DNA of 64,000 bases from the human T2T-CHM13v2.0 reference genome, Homo sapiens. The DNA is taken from the NCBI RefSeq assembly GCF_009914755.1, contig NC_060938.1. One strand, given 5' to 3'. The position numbers and the translations under genes are program-made. Shown here in pieces: positions 1 through 14,653 of this stretch (position 1 is the first letter of the stretch; every line of letters begins with the position of its first letter). The notes beneath the pieces were generated by a model that was not told the DNA's origin, did not search any database, and saw only the letters and a list, made by a program, of their open reading frames with translations.

Positions 1-474
1 CAAAGCCCATGCTCAAAACAATAATTAATAGCCATATATGATAAAACTTTAATCGGATGTCAGGAAAAGAGACAGATTGCCAGAAGTTTAGTAATTTATA
101 GTCACTGGGTGCCTTCATATTTTGAATGGCTTGAAATATCTTTGAACCTCAATTTCATTTACTTTGAGGTACACAGTTCTTGAGTCATAAGGTGTTATTA
201 TACTAAAAACACTGTACTAAAAGAGGAATTAAATTTGTATGTTGGGCTTTAAAACCTCATGCCAGGAATTAAAATGCTATTCTTAATAGTTGTTTCTGCC
301 TATTTCATGAATATTTCCACTTTTTCCTTTTTAATTATCTCATCGATTTTTCCCTAATATTCTACAGAAAGAAAGGCTAAAAAGTACATTTTCTAGATAA
401 TAGTATTATAAGTCTTGTAATATATTATAGCAAATGCTATTTGCAGCTTTTTGGATAAAATAAAAAAGATACAG

Positions 475-787
475 CAGTGGTCCCCAACTTTTTTGGCACA
501 AGGGACTGGTTACATAGAAGACAATTTTTCCATGGACAGGGGTGGGGGTGGGAATGGTTTTGAGATGAAACTGTTCCACCTCAGATCATCAGGCATTAGA
601 TTCTCATAAGGAGCACCAACCTAGATCTCTCACAGGTGCAGTTCACAACAGGGTTCGTGTGCCTACGTGAATTTAATGCTGCTGCTGATCTGAAAGGAGA
701 CAGAGCTCAGGTGGTAATGCTCGCTTTCCTGCCACTCAATTCCTGCTATGTGGCCTGGGTCCATGGCCCTGGGGTTGGGGACCCCTA
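475..787 (-). mobile_element. MER1B hAT-Charlie DNA transposon (non-autonomous)
   Basis: Termini CAGTGGTCCCCAAC...GTTGGGGACCCCT; internal GCATTAGATTCTCATAAGGAGC typical of MER1; 8-bp TSD AGATACAG (467-474) / AGATAAAG (788-795). Confidence 0.85.
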
Positions 788-916
788 AGATAAAGGATAT
801 ATGTATCCTTTTATATTTCATATATTAAATAATTATTTTATAATTAATAAAATTATGAAATGTATATTTTACATAATTTTCCATATATATATATATAAAA
901 TTTCCTTTCGGTTCTC

Positions 917-1051
917 TTTTTTTTTTTTCCCCAGAGATGGGGTTGGTCTCATTATGTTCCTTAGGCTGGTCTTGAATTCCTAACCTCAAGTGATCCTCCT
1001 GCCTCAGCCTCCTGAGTAGCTGGGATTACAGGTGCCAGCCATCACACCCAG
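917..1051 (-). mobile_element. Alu monomer (FLAM-like)
   Basis: T-tract followed by a single Alu left-arm-like sequence (ggctggtcttgaattcc...gcctcagcctcctgagtagctgggattacagg). Confidence 0.75.
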
Positions 1052-1057
1052 CTTTCT

Positions 1058-1392
1058 TTCTTTTTTTCTTTTTTTTGAGATGCAGTCTTACTCTGTTGTC
1101 CAGGGACCGGTAGTTGGTAAAGAAGGTGGTGGAGCAAGTGGAGAGCACAGTGGCACAGCCTCTGCTCACTGCAGCCTCCACCTCCCAGGTTCAAGTGATC
1201 CTTCTGCCTCAGCCTCCCCAGTAGCTGGGACTACAGGCGTGCACCATCACACCCGGGCTAATTTTTATATTTTTAGTAGAGACAGGGTTTCACCATGTTG
1301 GCCAGGCAGGTCTTGAACTCCTGACTTCAAGTGATCCACCTGCCTCAGCTTCCCGAAGTGTTGGGATTACAGGTGTGAGCCACCATGCCTGG
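1058..1392 (-). mobile_element. Full-length Alu carrying a foreign ~42-bp KRT18-like insertion
   Basis: Dimeric Alu with 14-bp TSD ACACCCAGCTTTCT (1044-1057 / 1393-1406); non-Alu sequence at 1100-1146. Confidence 0.9.
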
Positions 1393-1484
1393 ACACCCAG
1401 CTTTCTGTAAGTACTTTTAATACTAGACAGGACTGACTTTAAAGGTGGTGGAAACCACTTTTTTTTGGGTTTAACAGAAGGACT

Positions 1485-2867
1485 TTTTTTTAACCTCTGA
1501 ACTTTTTATTGGCTTCCTGTTCCCCAAAGGGTATCCTGCTTCTGCTGGCTCAGTGTCTCAGAACTTCTGTGTCATTGGTCTCAGACACTACTTTGCCATC
1601 CACTATCCTGCAGGTGGTGGTCTTGTGGATGGTTTGCATGGAGTTGCTGCTGTCCAGGGCATCATCAAGATTGAAGTCCTCCCTGTCTTCCAGCAGGCGG
1701 TGGTAGGTGGTGATCTCAGCCTCCAGCTTAGCTTTGATGTTCAGCAGGGCCTCATACTTCTGGGCCTGGTGCTGCCCCTCTGCCCGTGTGTGCCAGCAAG
1801 ATCCCATTGAGCTGCTCCATCTACATGGGTAACGTGTCTCTACCTCTCTCAGGCTGTTCTGCAAGCTGAGCTTCAGATTTCTCATTGGGTCCAGGTCGAT
1901 CTCCAAGGACTGGACTGTATGTCTCAGCTCCGTGAGTGTATTCTCAGCAGCTCCAATCTCGGCGAACTGCGTGGTGACCACTGTGGTGCTCTTTTCAAAC
2001 TGCTGGGACCAGTAGTCTAGCTCCCCTCAGTTCTTTTGAGCCAGCTTGTCATATTGGGCCCAGGTGTCTGCCATGATCTTGCTGAGGTCCTGAGATTTAG
2101 GCGCATCTACCTCCCCAGTCAACCCAGAGCTGGCAATCTGGGCTTGTAGGCCTTTTACTTCCTCTTTGTGGTTCTTCATGAAGAGCAGCTTCTCCTTGAG
2201 AACCTCCATCTCTGTCTCCAGCTGCAGCTGAGTGACATTGGTGTCATCAGTGATCTTGTGGAGCCCATGGATGTCGCTCTCCACAGACTGGCGCATGACC
2301 ATTCTGTCTCATAGTTGACTCTAAAGTCATCAGCAGCAAGATGGGCACTGTCAATCTGCAGAACGATGCAGGCATGGCTCACAGTATTTGCAAAGATCTG
2401 AGCCCTCAGATCCTTGATGTTCTTGAAGTAATGCCCCCAATCTCTGACCTGGGGTCCCTTCTTCTGCAGGTGCTCCTGCATTTTGCTCTCCAGCTTCCAT
2501 TTCTTGGTCTCCAGACTCCTCACTCTGTCCAGGCAGTAGGCCAGGGAGTCGTTCAGGCCTTGCATGGTCTCCTTCTCATTCTGGATGCCCTCCACTCCTG
2601 CCAGACCCCTGGCCATCCCCACAGCCAGGCCCCCAGACCCCAAGTTGCCCCAGAAACTGGTGGAGTGGGACATGGAGATCTGGGAGCCCAAGCCCCCAGC
2701 ACCTGCATAGATGTTGGCCATGCTGCTGACTGGCAGGGCGCCATAGCTTGGCGGCTTGATAGAGCCAAGGGACTGGTAGTTAGTAGAGAACATGGTGGAC
2801 CAAGTGGTGAAGCTCATGCTATCCAGGGAGGAAAGCGAGAGGGCAGGACTCAGGTTTTGCTGAGGTC
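1485..2867 (-). pseudogene. KRT18P6: Keratin 18 processed pseudogene (probably KRT18P6)
   Basis: Intronless KRT18-like peptides (MSFTT..., IQNEKETMQ, ...LEAEITTYHRLLE...VVSETNDTEVLRH) split over several frames. Former ATG 2817-2815, stop 1552-1550, AATAAA 1510-1505, A-tail remnant ~1484-1491, TSD core CAGAAGGACT at 1475-1484 and 2868-2877. The P6 number is from recalled synteny with INSM2 and is less certain than the family call. Confidence 0.93.
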
Positions 2868-3299
2868 CAGAAGGACTGGTTTTTATCTCTCTAGAGTGAT
2901 ATAAGTGTGATTCTGAAAACAGGGAAATGGACATAGGATCTTTCAAGTCCTTTTTAGATATTTTCTTCAACTCAAGCCAATGAATATGCATTAAGCACTC
3001 AACTGTTTTAGGTGCTATGGGTTATATCAAGATGTGAGATAGATCGTTGTGGCTATAAGGAGTTTATAATACTCTATTCACCAAAACAACACAAAGAAAA
3101 ATTAAAGCAACAGCAAAAACAAACAAGAGAACAACACACCGTAGAATATATTCAAGAAGTAGAATGTGAAGTGCAGATTTATAAATTTTGTAGAAAATTA
3201 AAGAAGAGCTAAAATAATGAGGAAGTTTGCATTTGAGCTGCTTAATTTACTTGATAAGAGATATAATTTCAAAGAATTAAAATTTCATTATTCTAGAAT

Positions 3300-3631
3300 T
3301 GTCTTAGTCTGTTTGGCTGCTATAACAAAATGCCATGCACCGGGTAGCTTTCAAAAAACAGAATTCTTTTTTGTCACACTTCTGGAAGCTGGGAAATCCA
3401 AGATCGACTCCAGTAGACTCAGTATCCACTGAGGCCCCACTTTCTGGTTCACAGATGGAGATGGTGTCTTTTAGCTGTATCCTCACAAGATGGAAGGGAT
3501 AAATGAGTTCCCTTAGGCCTATTTTATAAGGGTACTAATCCCATTAAAAGGCTCCACCCTCATGACCTAATCACGTCCTAAAAGGCCTTACCTCCTAATA
3601 CCATCACCTGAGGGGTAAACATTCAGATAGA
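3300..3631 (-). mobile_element. MLT1A-like ERVL-MaLR solo LTR
   Basis: Begins TGTCTTAGTCTGTTTGGCTGCTATAACAAAATGCCA; contains CCACCCTCATGACCTAATCAC. Confidence 0.75.
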
Positions 3632-4020
3632 AAAATCTATGAATACTGTTTTGTTTTCTTACAGAGATTTAAAACATTGAGTGTTTCTCCAAGCACTTTT
3701 CAAACATCAAATTGTACAACATATTTTTAGGTTAAATGAGTTGACTGTTTTTACAACAGGCTAGAAATTCTTTCTCTTAATTTCCTCTCATTATACACAC
3801 ATTCACAGAAAGGGAAAGAAGAACTCACTGGCTCAGAATATGACCATTGTTTATAGTTTACCTACCAAATAATTCTTTTTCTACCTATGACCTCTTGAAC
3901 CCTAGTAACATACTAAGAATATAACTAAAAGGAAAGCCTCATGCAATGCTACTTAAGCCTTCCTAAAACATTTAGCTCAGTTACTTCAAAATGTCCACAT
4001 TGTTAGTTACTTAAACTATA

Positions 4021-4305
4021 TAATCACACATCATATAACATATTTTTAGTCAATGGACCACATATACAATGGTGATCTCATAAGCTTATAATACCATATT
4101 TTTACCGTACCCTTTCTATGTTTAGATTGCCTACAGTATTCAGTACAGTAACATGCTGTCCAGGTTTGTAGACTAGGGACAATAAGGTATACTATATAGT
4201 CTAGATGTGTAATAGGCTATACCATCTAAGTTTGTGCACAAAGATGAAATTGCCTAACAATGCATTTTTCAGAATGTATGCACTTCGTTAAGTGATACAT
4301 GACTG
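4021..4305 (-). mobile_element. Tigger3/MER7A TcMar-Tigger DNA transposon
   Basis: Ends CGTTAAGTGATACATGACTG-TA; internal GCCTACAGTATTCAGTACAGTAACATGCTGT and GGCTATACCATCTA match MER7. Confidence 0.75.
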
Positions 4306-4321
4306 TAAAGTAAAAAACAGC

Positions 4322-4610
4322 AGCCCAGCGTGGTGGCTCACACTTGTAATCCCAGCACTTTGGGAGGCTGAGGCAGGAGGATCAAGACCACCCTGGGCAA
4401 CATAGTGAGACCTCATCACTACAAAAAATAAATAAAATTAGCTAGGTGCAGTGGTCTACACCTGTAGTCCTAGCTACTCAGATGGCTGAGGTGGGATGAT
4501 CGCTTGAGCTCAGAAGTTTGAGGCTGCAGTGAGCTATGATAATGCCACGGGACTCCAGCCTGGGCAACAGAGCAAGACCCTGCCTCTAACACTAACAGAA
4601 AAACAAAAGA
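4322..4610 (+). mobile_element. AluJ-like SINE
   Basis: Dimeric Alu with AluJ-type GCAAGACCCTG end and degenerate tail. Confidence 0.85.
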
Positions 4611-5104
4611 AATGGCATTGTTGTTCTGAACTCTCTGCTCTGTCCCATTTATTTGTCCCATCTCTTATTATAAATGGTTAAATAATCTCAGAATTTCAAG
4701 TTGTTAATGTTCTGTTTGGAAATGTAATAATTATTTGTATTAGCTCAAGTAGGTAGAAATAAACTAAAAGACTTTATATTTCTCTCCACTGGCAAACCCT
4801 CACCTATTTCTTTGTCTGATTGATCAAGAACTGTCTCTTCAAATATGTTTTTAATCTCTTTTGGAGCATAAAGTTTGACGTCATTCACCATGGAGAAACC
4901 TCCTATAATGGGATTTCACTAATAATAATTCCTATATGTCAGTTTATTAGTCTTCCTATCTATCCAGTTATCTATTTGTCTGTATCTTTAATTTTTCTAA
5001 GATGTCTTCTATGAATTTTTTCCTCAAGTAGTTTACTGGGAAAAAGTAGCTGTATGTATCTACTCCCGTTTGGATTTGTGATTATCTTTTCCAGAAATTT
5101 GTGA

Positions 5105-5462
<358 letters not shown>

Positions 5463-6662
5463 CAATTTTTTTTTCAAAAAGAGAATCTCAGGGTGAAGAG
5501 GCAGAGTTACTATGCATCCTTTCATCTGTGTCTAAGGACTCCCCATTTTTCCAGATTTCTGAAATAAAACATTACTCCAGTGTAGAGTGTATCATTTAGT
5601 ACTAATTCCTACATAGAACCTACAGGAATAAGGTGGGGATTTTGTAATCAGATCAAATGTTTGCCTCATTGCACTCTTTCTTATTTAAACTGGCTAGATA
5701 ATCCAAGGACTTGTGATATCTAGAGATCCTCTTTCTCAAAGAGCATCTCTATGACAAAAGTGGAAGGCATTTTATTTCAAACTCAGTGATCTTATTATTC
5801 TTGATTTATAATTCTTTGACCAAAGGTTTCACCCTCAAGAGTGAGATAGGATAGAGAAAGTTGTCATTTCCTGCCTAGGCAATGAAAAGACTCCTTGTTG
5901 TTCAATATATGAGGCTTTCCCTTGGGCTATTTTCAGTAGTGTTTCATCTTTATTTTGGTTAACGTAACTCTTCAGTTGCTCATTTTCAAAAATTTCCATG
6001 ATGTGTTTTCTAATAATAATAATACCTTTTATTGAGGTATTATCTACATTGGGCCAGGCATGTGTAGTATTATTTACAGTAAATGATCTTCACAACTTTC
6101 CAAGGAGAGTTTTTCTTTAAGGATGAGGATGTAGAGGTTCAGAAAGGTTAGGTAAACCACTCCATGTAACACAGCTAGCAAGTTGCCCAGCCAGCTGGAT
6201 CTGTCTAGCTTTAAGGCCTCTAGCTAACTAATTTACTCAACATCATCCTTTTATTGTATACTTTGTGTATTCCTTTATTTAATTTGAATTGTGTGCTTTC
6301 ATTATGTACTTTGATGCTTCTAAGAGTACCTTTCTGAAGAAATAGTTGTATAATAGCAAAGGGGCTCATATCTTTAAATCTTACAATGGAATCCTCTATT
6401 AGCGCTCCAGAGAGAAGGGTTCAGTCAAGATTTGGCTTGCAGATAATAAAAATGATCCAGATTAACTTCTAGGGCCTTGTCAGGCAATTCTCAATATTGA
6501 AATTACTTTAAATTTGGAAATAATGGGCAGCAGCATATTTAGGCTCAGTTCAATTTGGCTCCAATGATTTCTGCAGTACAGCTATCTTAGAAAGTATATT
6601 TAGTTTTATTTAATTACTTTGAATCATGTATTCAATACTTACTATAACTAAAACATTTTGTT

Positions 6663-6965
6663 GTCCTAGTGTGGTGGCTCACACCTGTAATTCCAGCACT
6701 TTGGGAGGCCAAGGCAGGGGGATCATAAGATCAGGAGTTCAAGACCAGCCTGGCCAAGATAGTGAAAACCCATCTCTACTAAAAATACAAAAATTAGCCA
6801 AGTGTGGTGGTGGATGCCTGTAATCCTAGCTACTATGGAGGCTGAGGCAGGGAAAATTGCTTGAACCCGGGAGGTGGAGCTTGCAGTGAGCCGAGATGGC
6901 AACACTGCACTCCAGCCTGGGTTACAGAACGAGACTCCAACTAAAAAAAAAACAAAAAACAAATA
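6663..6965 (+). mobile_element. AluS-like SINE
   Basis: Dimeric Alu with A-rich tail. Confidence 0.9.
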
Positions 6966-7918
6966 ACAAAACCCCCAAAAACCAACAACATTGTGCTAGG
7001 TACTTTGTGGATAGACCCAGTCACTTCTCTCAAGGGTGTTCACAATTTAATGAGAGAGAATATATTCATTAATACAAATATGTAACTGGGGGACAGAGAA
7101 CATAAATATAAGGTCACAGAGTGGCATATGGTGGCAATAGTGTTCAGTAATGCCCTATGAAGTCTTAAATTATGAATTAGTATTTGGGAGGCTCCTTGGC
7201 TGTAAGATTAGACTATGTCCAGGTGTGTTACCTATAAAACAGATCATTCATGACTCAGTTCATGGAAGCAATGATTCTATGGTAGTGAAACCAAAAGGGG
7301 CTCACAAAGAAATAAAAATAGAAGAAGTTGAAGGAAATAAAACTAAATTTCAACTTTCAATAGCATAATATTTCTCCTTAACATCCAAACGATAGCAACA
7401 AAACAAAAAAGAAAATGGCCAATTTGAAAGGAACTGGAAGAATAGATGACAATACAGTTTTTATTTCCATTAACCCTCACATCTAAGGTTTCTAAAGTAC
7501 TTTACAGAAGATTATACCTCACAATATCTTGATGAGTGAGGCAAGTGTTATTATCTCCATATAAAGGTGGGAAAAAGAAGGCACAGAGGTTTGCTTCTTT
7601 TATGCCAAGTGAGGCCAAATATTTTGTGGAGTATTTGAAATGAAACTTGAAAATAGAGAAGCAAAGAGAGAAGGCTGGAAGAATTTGTAATTGAGGGGCA
7701 TAATTTCACACCACATAAGTGTCTAGAGAACGTTAATATAGCGAATCTTCATTTCCAGTGAAGTGGAATGAAAGCCTTGAATTGCTTCAATGCACCATGT
7801 CGTGCAAATAGCAATTTCAGTTTCAGAAAATCCTCCACTCATGGTAAAGTTGTTCAGTGAAAATGGTCATGATGAGGCTTTCTCACATAATTGTCCAATA
7901 TATGTTCGTAGTTGTACC

Positions 7919-7920
<2 letters not shown>

Positions 7921-7954
<34 letters not shown>
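7921..7954. repeat. (CA)n microsatellite
   Basis: Perfect AC run of about 17 units. Confidence 0.95.
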
Positions 7955-7958
<4 letters not shown>

Positions 7959-8194
7959 ACTTGAAATATTAAATATTTATGGGCATTGTGTAGACTCTTG
8001 AAATACACTAATGGATATCTAATATGTTTTACGTCCACTATGTTACTCATTCACAGATTTCTTTTTCTTCCCCCAACTTGCCTTTTTATCTACTGCTTTT
8101 CCGTGTTCTCTTTTGTTGTCACTTTCTTTAGGGGGTTCTGCCCAGGGAAGATAGATATAATAGCTTATAAGAATAAATATTGTAGTCCTAGTTT

Positions 8195-8494
8195 CTTATT
8201 TACTTATTTAGACAGGGTCTTGCTCCCATCACCCAGGCCGGAGTGCAGTGGCCTGATCACAACTCACTGCAGCTTGGACTTCCGCAGCTCAGGTGATTTT
8301 CCCACCTCAGCCTCCTGAGTAGCTTGGACCACAGGCATGTGCCACCATGCCCAGATAATTTTTTGCACTTTCAGTAGAGATGGGGTTTCACCACGTTGCC
8401 CAGGCGGCTGGTCTCAAACTCCTGGCCTCAAGCGATCTGCCTGCCTTGGCCTCCCAAAGTGCTGGGATTACAGGCGTGAGCCACCGCACCCGGC
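8195..8494 (-). mobile_element. AluJ-like SINE
   Basis: Dimeric Alu, antisense orientation. Confidence 0.85.
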
Positions 8495-8546
8495 CCTAGT
8501 TTTTTATTTATTAAAAATCCTATTAATACATATTGATTTCCTTTAA

Positions 8547-9055
<509 letters not shown>

Positions 9056-11469
9056 GTTCTTATATTTTTTCAATCAAGTGGTTGAAGTTGAAACCTTTAA
9101 AAAGTTAGGTTGTCTATCAATAAGCTGCTGACCAAACTAGGAAAAACCTATTGATTTTGACAGCAAGTTAGGACTTTTTAAGCAGTAGAAATGAATTGAA
9201 TGTTAATGAATATACCATGTGGCTTTTGTCTTAATTAACTAGCACTCTAATTCTTGATCCATAAAAGATTTGAGATAACAATGCTGCTTTAATTGTTAAA
9301 CAAGTTTCAAAGGTTAATCACAATTAACCTTTTCAGGGAGCAAATCAGTTTCTTTATTCATAATAGATTTTATAAGAATAATAGAAATTATCAAAGCTGC
9401 ATACATAAGTTTCAACTATATTTTGAAGTTACAATGTACTATTTAAGGAATTATGTTTAAATATAGTGGTAAGTCTTTCTTGACTGGTTTTGGGGAAAAT
9501 TAAGTCCTGGTACTTTTAGGAATCCATTGTGTATAACAAACGAACTTCTCTCCTGTGTATCTAGAATGGTACTAGTTATGTGCCATCCTTGGGAGAAGTG
9601 AGAAAATAGTCGAGTAATTTTCTGTGTACTGTAGTTCAGATGAGAAATCTTGGTTTAGAATGTTAAAGTTTTAAGGTTCTCTTGGTTTAGCCTTCTTGGT
9701 TTTCTACTGTCTCTTAACAACCTCCTCTACCTAGCAAAACATCAACAACAAATAAGCTTTTGGGGAAATCTGCTTATTGTAAAGCATAACACCCTTTACA
9801 TATGAGCACCACAGATACAATGTAGCAAGGCAGGAAAAGGTTTTATTACTGACAGGCAACTCTGTTAGACAATAACAACCAGGCTAATATTCTAATTACC
9901 CCATGTGAGGTCCCCAGAGAAATATAAAGGAAGTAAAGGAAATGTAGCCGAGATTTTCAATCTTGCTCTCTCACAATAATACTGTCCTCTTTAATAATCA
10001 TTTCCAACACACCCCCGCCAAAATACTGTACTTAATGTCTTCCACTAAATTAGCATGGTTGATATTTAAGCAGAAAAAATAAAAGAACAAGAAATATGTT
10101 ACAATTTATTCTATGAGCTATCACATCCTTAATTAAAAAAAAGAATTTACCAACAAAAACAGTTAAGATTAGAGGATACAATGATTTAATGTTATAGATA
10201 ATTTCCTCTAGTCTGCTCATGTTTCTCCTGGGTTTTGATTCATTCATTACTGGATAGAGAAACTAACTATTAGTAAAGGAGATACTTGTAGTGAGTAAAT
10301 AATGACAGTCTTTTTGAAGTTATTCTATTTATGCTGCCTTGTAGTATCCTCTCTCAAGTTACTGTTTCGTGAACTATGTGCATTTGGTGCTACAAATGCT
10401 GATCAAAATGGCTCCCAAGCAAAAAATTTACACATACATTCTCCCAGTGGGCAAATTATTCCCTGGGTATTATAACTGAGTGCTAAATCTGGGTTGGTTT
10501 GGTTGTTTTAAACATTTATAACAAAAGTTGAACATCGGGGAAACTGTATATGTCAGTTTAGGCTGAGCCTGGTTGAAATTAAAACATAGGAATATCATCA
10601 AGGTTATAGTGAGCTGTGATCATGCTACTGCACTCCATCCTGGGCGACAGAGCAAGACCCTATCTCTTAAAAAATGGAAAAAAAAAAAAGATACAGGAAT
10701 ACCAAAGGGAAGTAGGTTGTTCATCTCTCCTGGAAATAATGCTTTGTAAATCCATTAAATTTGTTAGCTAGTTAGTTAGCCTAGGGCCTTTTTGATTTTC
10801 CCAAAGTTAACATACAGTTTAAGGCAAATGTTACTTATGGAAATAAGCCACAGACTACAGAAGCCCTCATTTAAATGTAAAAGAAATAGCATCAACAAAT
10901 TTACCCATTTTGTGTAATGATACGGTAAGCAATGAATAGAGTTTTTGTTCATTTACCTTGAAATACAGAACAACTATCATTTTTCTTGGATGAAGCACAA
11001 TGATCATTCTGGTGTAGTATAATATATAACAATTTTTCTAATGAAATAATTTCACATCCAGTGTATCTCATTATTAATTTCTGATATAATACTCAATTTT
11101 AACTAAATCTAACTATGTAGCATGGAATCCAGTGTTAATGTGTCCTATAAGTACATATGAAAGAAATATTCTTTGTTTTGACCTACATTTCCTATTGATG
11201 TAACAAAACACTACTTATGACACCCAGTATAATGATTTAGGTAATAATGTCACCAGTTAAAACTATGACATTGATATAATACATAGTTTCAGTTAGTTAT
11301 CAGATACAAATCTTCAGGAAACTAGGCTTTATTGGTTCAGATACTTGCCTGCTTGCTTCACAGAACACTTTGTTAAGTGAAAGGAAAAATAATGTCTCCA
11401 TTTGAAAAACAGAGGGAGTTTGGGGCTGGCAGAATGCAATTGCCCAAGTTAGAGGGAACCAAATTGATC

Positions 11470-11720
11470 TGAAATCATTTAGATAACAATGTGATGGGCA
11501 GAGGACAGCATTTGTTTATGAAGACAAATCATGCCAGGCAAATCTGATTTATTTGGTCTTATAAAATTACTCAACAAGTTTGTGGATAAAGAAAACTCCA
11601 TGGACAAACAATATATCTAAATGTTTGTAAAAGCCTTTGATGTGGGTCTGCGTGAGATTAAGATAATTGAAATGCTGGGAAGATATTGCCTGGATAACAA
11701 TGCAATGGTGTGGTTATCAG
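11470..11720 (+). mobile_element. L3/CR1 LINE ORF2 (reverse transcriptase) fossil
   Basis: Frameshifted remnants of the CR1 RT motif QHGF..KSCQTNLI...VD...KAFD (cagcatttgttt, aaatcatgccaggcaaatctgatt, gtggat, aaagcctttgat). Confidence 0.55.
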
Positions 11721-12237
11721 ATTTAAAACAGAATAATCATAAAAATAGATCATAATATTTAACTGATATATTTGGCAGAAGACTATAAAAGAGCTAGTAT
11801 CTTTATAGGTCAATATGGAAAGCAAGTATGAAAATGACTTAGTCCAAAAAATTAGCTTATTCTTTCTTCAGGAGGTACACATATCATAAGCAAAAATTAT
11901 TTCAAAATGTTTTACTACTTGTCCAAAATGAACTATTACTTTATTTTGGCCTTTACTGATATTAATAAAATTTGGAATCTATGATGTCTGCTAAAAGCAT
12001 TAAAATAGATAAGTTTGATAAATGTGTAAAGCATAGCAAAATTCAATGAAAAGCTTACATAGGTTTGTGAATAAATTCCTTTGTAGATTTTTAAGAACTG
12101 AGAGATAATTTAAAAGAAAATAGCTAGAGTAGTAGTAATAGTTTTGGGAGAGAGAGCAACTAATTATAAGTAAAAATTAAGAAAAGAGAATTTGGAAGGA
12201 AAAAGGAATACAGTTTGATGCATTTAAAAGTCTTACT

Positions 12238-12548
12238 GGCTAGGCACAGTGGCTCACGTCTGTGATCCCAGCACTTTGGGAGGTGGGAGGATCGCTTGAG
12301 CCTAGGAGTTTGAGACCAGCCTGGGCAAGATAGGGAGACCCCATCTTTATAAAAAAAAAAATTTAAAAATTAGCCAGGTGTGGTGGCTCGCCCCTGTGGT
12401 CCCAGCTACTGGGGAGGCTAAGGTGGAAGGATCACTTGAGCCTGAGAAGTCAAGGCTTCATTGAGCCATGATTGTGCCACTACACTCCAGCCTGGGTGAC
12501 AGGGTAAGACTCTTTCTCAATCAATCAGTCAGTCAGTCAGTCAGTCAA
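12238..12548 (+). mobile_element. AluJ SINE with (TCAA/TCAG)n tail
   Basis: Dimeric Alu; tail tcaatcaatcagtcagtcagtcag. Confidence 0.85.
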
Positions 12549-12580
12549 TTGTCAAATGGGAAAAATACTTTATGTATCCA

Positions 12581-12865
12581 CAGGGGTTATGTTAAAATAT
12601 TTAACAATATTATGAAATGGTTACTATCCAATCAGAACTGATAATGGCCATAGAGCTGGAGCAGGGCCCTAGAGCCCCATTGGTATATTGGGCGTTAACT
12701 CTTTAGCTGATGGATAATGGGGAGGTGGGTAGTGAAGAGGCTACAATAACTGACCAGAGTCAAGGGGAAGAGCATTTGGAAAGGTAGTGGTTATTTGCTA
12801 ATGTTATGGAAGTATTTTAATATTTTAATAACTGAAATGGTTTTTTCTGGTGGAACCAGCTATAT
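12581..12865. mobile_element. Old hAT-type DNA transposon fragment (ORSL-like)
   Basis: CAGGGGTTATGTTAAAATATTTAACAA start and CCAATCAGAAC resemble the recalled consensus; highly diverged. Confidence 0.35.
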
Positions 12866-12946
12866 AATAAACAAAGGACTCTGAGAAAAATAAACAGAAA
12901 ATTTGAATAGGTTAAATTACAAAGAGTAAAATTACAATTTCAATAA

Positions 12947-13362
<416 letters not shown>

Positions 13363-14332
13363 TAGTTGAGAGAACAGGAAAAGTGGCACTCCTATGCCTG
13401 CTGACAGAAGTATAAATAGGCACAATCATTGTGAAGGATAGCTTTGTAATAATTACCAAAAACTTTTAAAATGTTGTTCTGATTTAATGGTTCTGGTAAT
13501 GTTAGGCTAAATTAAGCAGATAAATCCTCCTAGTGAAAATAACTAACAGAGCTGGATTTTAAAAATATTCTTAAAGCATAAAAGAGTATGAAACACAGTA
13601 AGGAATTACTAAAGGTGAAGGAAAAATGGGAACCCATATGTGGAGACTGTTCTGCCCTGAGGAAATTTTCTGACTCATGACAATTAGAATCTTCATTCTG
13701 GTAGACTTGCAGGGCAAGGGAGACAGAAAGAAAAACCCAGGATGTGTATAAGATAGAAAATCTAATAGAAGATCCTCCCCAACAAGATACTGGGACTCCA
13801 AAGCCCTTGAGAATTTACTGCTTGTATTCAAATTGCCTGGGTCAGTGAATTTTAAGCCTTGAACTTGGGTTAAAGTAATTCTAAATTGGTAGTGCCAGAA
13901 GCAAATATAAATCCTCTTTGAAGCAAGACACCTTTATTATAGGCCTAAAATCATTTCTAGAAATAATTCTTCAAATGTAATGTTCAGCACCTAATAAAAA
14001 AATAACAGATACATAAGGAAACTAGATTAAACGGGCAAGTATCAGTAGAGACAACAGACAATAAAAACAGACTCACAAATAACTCAAATATTGAATTTAT
14101 CAGACTCAGACTATAAAATAAGACTACAAAACAATTATGAAGAGTATGTTTAAAGACAAAAGACCAACTTGATGCTGTCTACAGAGAACAGAAAACCACA
14201 AAGAGTAACGCAGCAGGTTTGACTTTGAAAAAAGAATCATATAGAATTTTATTGTGATTTTAAATATATTTTTATTTTATAAATAAAAATAAATTTTATA
14301 GCTAATTTTTAAAATACAAATTTAAAATCCAG

Positions 14333-14653
<321 letters not shown>

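Noticed and set aside
2176-2991. 271-aa ORF with an upstream extension fused to the KRT18-like N-terminus
   Set aside because: It extends past the TSD into flanking DNA, frameshifts near 2303 and has many substitutions in conserved rod residues; no promoter evidence.
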